NCBI RefSeq assembly: GCF_009914755.1
Contig: NC_060935.1
From: the human T2T-CHM13v2.0 reference genome, Homo sapiens
Length of the DNA: 64,000 bases
Strand: one strand, 5' to 3'
Part shown: positions 54,383 to 64,000 of the stretch, in pieces
Numbering within the stretch: position 1 is the stretch's first letter
Layout: each line of letters starts with the position of its first letter
Translations under genes and position numbers: made by a program
Notes under the pieces: model-generated
Told to the model about the DNA's origin: nothing
Seen by the model: only the letters and a program-made list of their open reading frames with translations
Databases searched by the model: none

Positions 54383-57300
54383 TCTAGAATCTGCAAGTGG
54401 ACATTTGGAGGGCTTTGAGGCCTGTGGTGGAAAAGGAAAATCTTCACATAAAAACTAGATGGAAGCATTCTCAGAAACTACTTTGTGATGATTGCATTCG
54501 ACTCACAGAGTTGAACATTCCTATAGATAGAGCAGGTTGTAAAAAATCTTTTTGTAGAATCTGCGATTGGAGATTTGGACTGCTTTGAGGCCTACTGTAG
54601 TAAAGGAAAGAACTTCATCTAAAAACCAAACGGAAGCATTCACAGACAATTCTTAGTGATCATTGGATTGAACTAACAGAGCTGAACATTCCTTTAGATG
54701 GAGCAGTTTCCAAACACACTTTCTGTAGAATCTGCAAGGGGATATTTGGACCTCTGTGAGGATTTCGTTGGAAACGGGATAAACTTCCCAGAACTACACG
54801 GAAGCATTCGGAGAAACTTCTTTGTGATATTTGCATTCAACTCACAGAGTTGAAACTTGCTTTCATAGTTCAGCTTTCAAACACTCTTTTTGTAGAATCT
54901 GCAAGTGGATATTTGGACCACTTTGTGGCCTTCCTTCGAAACGGGTATATCTTCACATCAAACCTAGATAGAAGCATTCTCAGAATGTTTCCTGTGATGA
55001 CTGCATTCAACTCACAGAGGTGAACAATCCTGCTGATGGAGCAGTTTTGAAACTCTCTTTCTTTGGATTCTGCAAGTGGATATGTGGACCTCTGTGAAGA
55101 TTTCGTTGGAAACGGGTTCATCTTCACAGAAAAACTAAACAGGAGCATTCTCAGAAACTGCTTTGTGATGTTTGTGTTCCACTTCAGGAATTGAACTTTC
55201 CTCTTGACAGAGCAGCTCTGAAACCCTCTTTTTCTAGAATCTGCAAGTGGACATTTGGAGGGCTTTGAGTCCTGTGGTGGAAAAGGAAAATCTTCACATA
55301 AAAACTAGATGGAAGCATTCTCACAAACTACTTTGTGATGATTGCATTCGACTCACAGAGTTGAACATTCCTATAGATAGAGCAGGTTGTAAACAATCTT
55401 TTTGTAGAATCTGCGATTGGAGATTTGGACTGCTTTGAGGCCTACTGTAGTAAAGGAAATAACTTCATCTAAAAACCAAACGGAAGCATTCACAGACAAT
55501 TCTTAGTGATCATTGGATTGAACTAACAGAGCTGAACATTCCTTTAGATGGCGCAGATTCCAAACACACTTTCTGTAGAATCTGCAAGTGGATATTTGGA
55601 CCTCTCTGAGGATTTCGTTGGAAACGGGATAAACTTCCCAGAACTACACGGAAGCATTCTGAGAAACTTCTTTGTGATGTTTGCATTCAACTCACAGACT
55701 TGAACCTTGCTTTCATAGTTCAGCTTTCAAATACTCTTTTTGTAGAATCTGCAAGTGGATATTTGGACCACTTTGTGGCCTTCCTTCGAAACGGGTATAT
55801 CTTCACATCAAACCTAGACAGAAGCATTCTCAGAATGTTTCCTGTGATGACTGCATTCAACTCACAGAGGTGAACCATCCTGTTGATGGGGCAGTTTTGA
55901 AACTTCCTTTCTTTGGATTCTGCAAGTGGATATGTGGACCTCTGTGAAGATTTCGTTGGAAACGGGTTCATCTTCACAGAAAAACTAAACAGGAGCATTC
56001 TCAGAAACTGCTTTGTGATGTTTGTGTTCCACTTCAAGAATTGAACTTTCCTCTTGACAGAGCAGCTCTGAAACCCTCTTTTTCTAGAATCTGCAAGTGG
56101 ACATTTGGAGGGCTTTGAGGCCTGTGGTGGAAAAGGAAAATCTTCACATAAAAACTAGATGGAAGCATTCTCAGAAACTACTTTGTGATGATTGCATTCG
56201 ACTCACAGAGTTGAACATTCCTATAGATAGAGCAGGTTGTAAACAATCTTTTTGTAGAATCTGCGATTGGAGATTCGGACTGCTTTGAGGCCTACTGTAG
56301 TAAAGGAAATAACTTCATCTAAAAACCAAACGGAAGCATTCACAGACAATTCTTAGTGATCATTGGATTGAACTAACAGAGCTGAACATTCCTTTAGATG
56401 GCGCAGTTTCCAAACACACTTTCTGTAGAATCTGCAAGGGGATATTTGGACCTCTCTGAGGATTTCGTTGGAAACGGGATAAACTTCCCAGAACTACACG
56501 GAAGCATTCTGAGAAACTTCTTTGTGATGTTTGCATTCAACTCACAGAGTTGAACCTTGCTTTCATAGTTCAGCTTTCAAACACTCTTTTTGTAGAATCT
56601 GCAAGTGGATATTTGGACCACTTTGTGGCCTTCCTTCGAAACGGGTATATCTTCACATCAAACCTAGACAGAAGCATTCTTAGAATGTTTCCTGTGATGA
56701 CTGCATTCAACTCACAGAGGTGAACAATCCTGCTGATGGAGCAGTTTTGAAACTCTCTTTCCTTGGATTCTGCAAGTGGATATGTGGACCTCTGTGAAGA
56801 TTTCGTTGGAAACGGGTTCATCTTCACAGAAAAACTAAACAGAAGCATTCTCAGAAACTGCTTTGTGATGTTTGTGTTCCACTTCAGGAATTGAACTTTC
56901 CTCTTGACAGAGCAGCTCTGAAACCCTCTTTTTCTAGAGTCTGCAAGTGGACATTTGGAGGGCTTTGAGTCCTGTGGTGGAAAAGGAAAATCTTCACATA
57001 AAAACTAGATGGAAGCATTCTCAGAAACTACTTTGTGATGATTGCATTCGACTCACAGAGTTGAACATTCCTATAGATAGAGCAGGTTGTAAAGAATCTG
57101 TTTGTAGAATCTGCGATTGGAGATTTGGACTGCTTTGAGGCCTACTGTAGTAAAGGAAATAACTTCATCTAAAAACCAAACGGAAGCATTCACAGACAAT
57201 TCTTAGTGATCATTGGATTGAACTAACAGAGCTGAACATTCCTTTAGATGGAGCAGTTTCCAAACACACTTTCTGTAGAATCTGCAAGGGGATATTTGGA

Positions 57301-60300
57301 CCTCTCTGAGGATTTCGTTGGAAACGGGATAAACTTCCCAGAACTACACGGAAGCATTCTGAGAAACTTCTTTGTGATATTTGCATTCAACTCACAGAGT
57401 TGAACCTTGCTTTCATAGTTCAGCTTTCAAACACTCTTTTTGTAGAATCTGCAAGTGGATATTTGGACCACTTTGTGGCCTTCCTTCGAAACGGGTATAT
57501 CTTCACATCAAACCTAGACAGAAGCATTCTCAGAATGTTTCCTGTGATGACTGCATTCAACTCACAGAGGTGAACAATCCTGCTGATGGAGCAGTTTTGA
57601 AACTCTCTTTCTTTGGATTCTGCAAGTGGATATGTGGACCTCTGTGAAGATTTCGTTGGAAACGGGTTCATCTTCACAGAAAAACTAAACAGGAGCATTC
57701 TCAGAAACTGCTTTGTGATGTTTGGGTTCCACTTCAGGAATTGAACTTTCCTCTTGACAGAGCAGCTCTGAAACCCTCTTTTTCTAGAATCTGCAAGTGG
57801 ACATTTGGAGGGCTTTGAGTCCTGTGGTGGAAAAGGAAAATCTTCACATAAAAACTAGATGGAAGCATTCTCACAAACTACTTTGTGATGATTGCATTCG
57901 ACTCACAGAGTTGAACATTCCTATAGATAGAGCAGGTTGTAAACAATCTTTTTGTAGAATCTGCGATTGGAGATTTGGACTGCTTTGAGGCCTACTGTAG
58001 TAAAGGAAATCACTTCATCTAAAAACCAAACGGAAGCATTCACAGACAATTCTTAGTGATCATTGGATTGAACTAACAGAGCTGAACATTCCTTTAGATG
58101 GCGCAGTTTCCAAACACACTTTCTGTAGAATCTGCCACTGGATATTTGGACCTCTCTGAGGATTTCGTTGGAAATGGGATAAACATCCCAGAACTACACG
58201 GAAGCATTCTGAGAAACTTCTTTGTGATGTTTGCATTCAACTCACAGAGTTGAACCTTGCTTTCATAGTTCAGCTTTCAAACACTCTTTTTGTAGAATCT
58301 GCAAGTGGATATTTGGACCACTTTGTGGCCTTCCTTCGAAACGGGTATATCTTCACATCAAACCTAGACAGAAGCATTCTCAGAATGTTTCCTGTGATGA
58401 CTGCATTCAACTCACAGAGGTGAACAATCCTGCTGATGGAGCAGTTTTGAAACTCTCTTTCTTTGGATTCTGCAAGTGGATATGTGGACCTCTGTGAAGA
58501 GTTCGTTGGAAACGGGTTCATCTTCACAGAAAAACTAAACAGGAGCATTCTCAGAAACTGCTTTGTGATGTTTGTGTTCCACTTCAGGAATTGAACTTTC
58601 CTCTTGACAGAGCAGCTCTGAAACCCTCTTTTTCTAGAATCTGCAAGTGGACATTTGGAGGGCTTTGAGTCCTGTGGTGGAAAAGGAAAATCTTCACATA
58701 AAAACTAGATGGAAGCATTCTGAGAAACTACTTTGTGATGATTGCATTCGACTCACAGAGTTGAACGTTCCTATAGATAGAGCAGGTTGTAAACAATCTT
58801 TTTGTAGAATCTGCGATTGGAGATTTGGACTGCTTTGAGGTCTACTGTAGTAAAGGAAATAACTTCATCTAAAAACCAAACGGAAGCATTCACAGACAAT
58901 TCTTAGTGATCATTGGATTGAACTAACAGAGCTGAACATTCCTTTAGATGGAGCAGTTTCCAAACACACTTTCTGTAGAATCTGCAAGTGGATATTTGGA
59001 CCTCTCTGAGGATTTCGTTGGAAACGGGATAAACTTCCCAGAACTACACGGAAGCATTCTGAGAAACTTCTTTGTGATGTTTGCATTCAACTCACAGAGT
59101 TGAACCTTGCTTTCATAGTTCAGCTTTCAAACACTCTTTTTGTAGAATCTGCAAGTGGATATTTGGACCACTTTGTGGCCTTCCTTCGAAACGGGTATAT
59201 CTTCACATCAAACCTAGACAGAAGCATTCTCAGAATGTTTCCTGTGATGACTGCATTCAACTCACAGAGGTGAACAATCCTGCTGATGGAGCAGTTTTGA
59301 AACTCTCTTTCTTTGGATTCTGCAAGTGGATATGTGGACCTCTGTGAAGATTTCGTTGGAAACGGGTTCATCTTCACAGAAAAACTAAACAGGAGCATTC
59401 TCAGAAACTGCTTTGTGATGTTTGTGTTCCACTTCAGGAATTGAACATTCCTCTTGACAGTGCAGCTCTGAAACCCTCTTTTTCTAGAATCTGCAAGTGG
59501 ACATTTGGAGGGCTTTGAGGCCTGTGGTGGAAAAGGAAAATCTTCACATAAAAACTAGATGGAAGCATTCTCAGAAACTACTTTGTGATGATTGCATTCG
59601 ACTCACAGAGTTGAACATTCCTATAGATAGAGCAGGTTGTAAACAATCTTTTTGTAGAATCTGCGATTGGAGATTTGGACTGCTTTGAGGCCTACTGTAG
59701 TAAAGGAAATAACTTCATCTAAAAACCAAACGGAAGCATTCACAGACAATTCTTAGTGATCATTGGATTGAACTAACAGAGCTGAACATTCCTTTAGATG
59801 GAGCAGTTTCCAAACACACTTTCTGTAGAATCTGCAAGGGGATATTTGGACCTCTCTGAGGATTTCGTTGGAAACGGGATAAACTTCCCAGAACTACACG
59901 GAAGCATTCTGAGAAACTTCTTTGTGATATTTGCATTCAACTCACAGAGTTGAACCTTGCTTTCATAGTTCAGCTTTCAAACACTCTTTTTGTAGAATCT
60001 GCAAGTGGATATTTGGACCACTTTGTGGCCTTCCTTCGAAACGGGAATATCTTCACATCAAACCTAGACAGAAGCATTCTCAGAATGTTTCCTGTGATGA
60101 CTGCATTCAACTCACAGATGTGAACAATCCTGCTGATGGAGCAGTTTTGAAACTCTCTTTCTTTGGATTCTGCAAGTGGATATGTGGACCTCTGTGAAGA
60201 TTTCGTTGGAAACGGGTTCATCTTCACAGAAAAACTAAACAGGAGCATTCTCAGAAACTGCTTTGTGATGTTTGTGTTCCACTTCAGGAATTGAACTTTC

Positions 60301-63300
60301 CTCTTGACAGAGCAGCTCTGAAACCCTCTTTTTCTAGAATCTGCAAGTGGACATTTGGAGGGCTTTGAGGCCTGTGGTGGAAAAGGAAAATCTTCACATA
60401 AAAACTAGATGGAAGCATTCTCACAAACTACTTTGTGATGATTGCATTCGACTCACAGAGTTGAACATTCCTATAGATAGAGCAGGTTGTAAACAATGTT
60501 TTTGTAGAATCTGCGATTGGAGATTTGGACTGCTTTGAGGCCTACTGTAGTAAAGGAAATAACTTCATCTAAAAACCAAACGGAAGCATTCACAGACAAT
60601 TCTTAGTGATCATTGGATTGAACTAACAGAGCTGAACATTCCTTTAGATGGCGCAGTTTCCAAACACACTTTCTGTAGAATCTGCCACTGGATATTTGGA
60701 CCTCTCTGAGGATTTCGTTGGAAATGGAATAAACATCCCAGAACTACACGGAAGCATTCTGAGAAACTTCTTTGTGATGTTTGCATTCAACTCACAGAGT
60801 TGAACCTTGCTTTCATAGTTCAGCTTTCAAACACTCTTTTTGTAGAATCTGCAAGTGGATATTTGGACCACTTTGTGGCCTTCCTTCGAAACGGGTATAT
60901 CTTCACATCAAACCTAGACAGAAGCATTCTCAGAATGTTTCCTGTGATGACTGCATTCAACTCACAGAGTTGAACAATCCTGCTGATGGAGCAGTTTTGA
61001 AACTCTCTTTCTTTGGATTCTGCAAGTGGATATGTGGACCTCTGTGAAGATTTCGTTGGAAACGGGTTCATCTTCACAGAAAAACTAAACAGGAGCATTC
61101 TCAGAAACTGCTTTGTGATGTTTGTGTTCCACTTCAGGAATTGAACTTTCCTCTTGACAGAGCAGCTCTGAAACCCTCTTTTTCTAGAATCTGAAAGTGG
61201 ACATTTGGAGGGCTTTGAGGCCTGTGGTGGAAAAGGAAAATCTTCACATAAAAACTAGATGGAAGCATTCTGAGAAACTACTTTGTGATGATTGCATTCG
61301 ACTCACAGAGTTGAACGTTCCTATAGATAGAGCAGGTTGTAAACAATCTTTTTGTAGAATCTGCGATTGGAGATTTGGACTGCTTTGAGGCCTACTGTAG
61401 TAAAGGAAATAACTTCATCTAAAAACCAAACGGAAGCATTCACAGACAATTCTTAGTGATCATTGGATTGAACTAACAGAGCTGAACATTCCTTTAGATG
61501 GAGCAGTTTCCAAACACACTTTCTGTAGAATCTGCAAGTGGATATTTGGACCTCTCTGAGGATTTCGTTGGAAACGGGATAATCTTCCCAGAACTACACG
61601 GAAGCATTCTGAGAAACTTCTTTGTGATGTTTGCATTCAACTCACAGAGTTGAACCTTGCTTTCATAGTTCAGCTTTCAAACACTCTTTTTGTAGAATCT
61701 GCAAGTGGATATTTGGACCACTTTGTGGCCTTCCTTCGAAACGGGTATATCTTCACATCAAACCTAGACAGAAGCATTCTCAGAATGTTTCCTGTGATGA
61801 CTGCATTCAACTCACAGAGGTGAACAATCCTGCTGATGGAGCAGTTTTGAAACTCTCTTTCCTTGGATTCTGCAAGTGGATATGTGGACCTCTGTGAAGA
61901 TTTCGTTGGAAACGGGTTCATCTTCACAGAAAAACTAAACAGAAGCATTCTCAGAAACTGCTTTGTGATGTTTGTGTTCCACTTCAGGAATTGAACTTTC
62001 CTCTTGACAGAGCAGCTCTGAAACCCTCTTTTTCTAGAGTCTGCAAGTGGACATTTGGAGGGCTTTGAGGCCTGTGGTGGAAAAGGAAAATCTTCACATA
62101 AAAACTAGATGGAAGCATTCTCAGAAACTACTTTGTGATGATTGCATTCGACTCACAGAGTTGAAAATTCCTATAGATAGAGCAGGTTGTAAAGAATCTG
62201 CTTGTAGAATCTGCGATTGGAGATTTGGACTGCTTTGAGGTCTACTGTAGTAAAGGAAATAACTTCATCTAAAAACCAAACGGAAGCATTCACAGACAAT
62301 TCTTAGTGATCATTGGATTGAACTAACAGAGCTGAACATTCCTTTAGATGGAGCAGTTTCCAAACACACTTTCTGTAGAATCTGCAAGGGGATATTTGGA
62401 CCTCTCTGAGGATTTCGTTGGAAACGTGATAAACTTCCCAGAACTACACGGAAGCATTCTGAGAAACTTCTTTGTGATATTTGCATTCAACTCACAGAGT
62501 TGAACCTTGCTTTCATAGTTCAGCTTTCAAACACTCTTTTTGTAGAATCTGCAAGTGGATATTTGGACCACTTTGTGGCCTTCCTTCGAAACGGGTATAT
62601 CTTCACATCAAACCTAGACAGAAGCATTCTCAGAATGTTTCCTGTGATGACTGCATTCAACTCACAGAGGTGAACAATCCTGCTGATGGAGCAGTTTTGA
62701 AACTCTCTTTCTTTGGATTCTGCAAGTGGATATGTGGACCTCTGTGAAGATTTCGTTGGAAACGGGTTCATCTTCACAGAAAAACTAAACAGGAGCATTC
62801 TCAGAAACTGCTTTGTGATGTTTGTGTTCCACTTCAGGAATTGAACTTTCCTCTTGACAGAGCAGCTCTGAAACCCTCTTTTTCTAGAATCTGCAAGTGG
62901 ACATTTGGAGGGCTTTGAGTCCTGTGGTGGAAAAGGAAAATCTTCACATAAAAACTAGATGGAAGCATTCTCACAAACTACTTTGTGATGATTGCATTCG
63001 ACTCACAGAGTTGAACATTCCTATAGATAGAGCAGGTTGTAAACAATCTTTTTGTAGAATCTGCGATTGGAGATTTGGACTGCTTTGAGGCCTACTGTAG
63101 TAAAGGAAATCACTTCATCTAAAAACCAAACGGAAGCATTCACAGACAATTCTTAGTGATCATTGGATTGAACTAACAGAGCTGAACATTCCTTTAGATG
63201 GCGCAGTTTCCAAACACACTTTCTGTAGAATCTGCCACTGGATATTTGGACCTCTCTGAGGATTTCGTTGGAAATGGGATAAACATCCCAGAACTACGCG

Positions 63301-64000
63301 GAAGCATTCTGAGAAACTTCTTTGTGATGTTTGCATTCAACTCACAGAGTTGAACCTTGCTTTCATAGTTCAGCTTTCAAACACTCTTTTTGTAGAATCT
63401 GCAAGTGGATATTTGGACCACTTTGTGGCCTTCCTTCGAAACGGGTATATCTTCACATCAAACCTAGACAGAAGCATTCTCAGAATGTTTCCTGTGATGA
63501 CTGCATTCAACTCACAGAGGTGAACAATCCTGCTGATGGAGCTGTTTTGAAACTCTCTTTCTTTGGATTCTGCAAGTGGATATGTGGACCTCTGTGAAGA
63601 TTTCGTTGGAAACGGGTTCATCTTCACAGAAAAACTAAACAGGAGCATTCTCAGAAACTGCTTTGTGATGTTTGTGTTCCACTTCAGGAATTGAACTTTC
63701 CTCTTGACAGAGCAGCTCTGAAACCCTCTTTTTCTAGAATCTGCAAGTGGACATTTGGAGGGCTTTGAGGCCTGTGGTGGAAAAGGAAAATCTTCACATA
63801 AAAACTAGATGGAAGCATTCTGAGAAACTACTTTGTGATGATTGCATTCGACTCACAGAGTTGAACGTTCCTATAGAGAGAGCAGGTTGTAAACAATCTT
63901 TTTGTAGAATCTGCGATTGGAGATTTGGACTGTTTTGAGGCCTACTGTAGTAAAGGAAATAACTTCATCTAAAAACCAAACGGAAGCATTCACAGACAAT
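54383..64000 (+). repeat. Distinct sub-array with diverged 3-HOR (2,550 bp) and 6-HOR (5,100 bp) periodicity
   Basis: CAAGGG+GTGATAT units at 54397/56947/59497/62047, CTCACAAA units at 55247/57797/60347/62897, and CTGAGAAACTA+AACGTT units at 58647/61197/63747. Confidence 0.85.

Larger units (their letters stand above)
1..64000 (+). repeat. D11Z1: Alpha-satellite higher-order repeat array, 5-monomer ~850-bp HOR (SF3), most likely human chromosome 11 centromeric D11Z1 / S3C11H1L
   Basis: Near-identical units recur every 848-850 bp (marker ORF starts 18, 868, 1718 ... 63747; 76 starts counting the disrupted copy at ~41654). Alphoid motifs (GAAGCATTCTCAGAAACT, TTGTGATG, AGAATCTGCAAGTGGATATTTGG) recur every ~170 bp. 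There is one XbaI TCTAGA per HOR (first at 4-9). An 850-bp XbaI pentamer is the classical D11Z1 unit. The alpha-satellite call is essentially certain; the chromosome call is from established knowledge, not alignment. Confidence 0.93.

Noticed and set aside
18-63938. Recurrent 60-106 aa ORFs on both strands (MDIWRAL..., MHSTHRV..., MLLFSF...), some Cys-rich
   Set aside because: They are translations of the satellite. Many rely on GTG/TTG starts, they overlap on opposite strands, and they are freely broken by stops and frameshifts (e.g. ~5627, ~11527, 41821). No recognisable domain or synonymous bias is evident.
1-64000. CRISPR-like repeat/spacer appearance of recurring conserved motifs
   Set aside because: The intervening sequences are not unique spacers but repeat every 850 bp. 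There are no cas genes, and the DNA is primate alphoid.
1-64000. Transposon insertions (L1/Alu), inversions or truncated HOR structural variants
   Set aside because: Spacing between consecutive units is always 848-850 bp in one orientation, leaving no room for insertions or monomer-number variants.
1-64000. Assignment to other SF3 arrays (DXZ1 12-mer, D17Z1 16-mer, D1Z5 11-mer)
   Set aside because: Those HORs are ~1.9-2.7 kb with clearly diverged internal pentamers, whereas adjacent 850-bp units here differ at only a handful of bases.

Overview
The whole 64-kb window is one uninterrupted, single-orientation array of human-type centromeric alpha-satellite DNA. It holds about 75.3 copies of an ~850-bp higher-order repeat (HOR) made of five ~170-bp monomers, with one XbaI site (TCTAGA) per HOR. 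The monomer pattern is B-B-B-A-A (three CENP-B-type, two pJalpha-type). This matches suprachromosomal family 3 and most likely the chromosome 11 array D11Z1 (S3C11H1L); the assignment is from recall, not alignment. There are no credible genes, RNA genes, transposons or CRISPR arrays, and the ORF track is an artefact of the repeat. I found no new gene system. The informative signal is in the SNP/indel haplotypes of individual HOR copies, read by eye. They show a 14-HOR super-unit (11,895 bp), nested tandem duplications of 2, 8, 5 and 4 HORs, and a junction lacking 3 HORs. Chimeric junction HORs mark the breakpoints, one of which maps to about 4 bp. A distinct indel-free domain with 3/6-HOR periodicity lies at the right end. 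CENP-B boxes are knocked out repeatedly, and many variants copy the base found in a paralogous monomer, suggesting inter-monomer micro-conversion. Haplotype labels A-R are my own.
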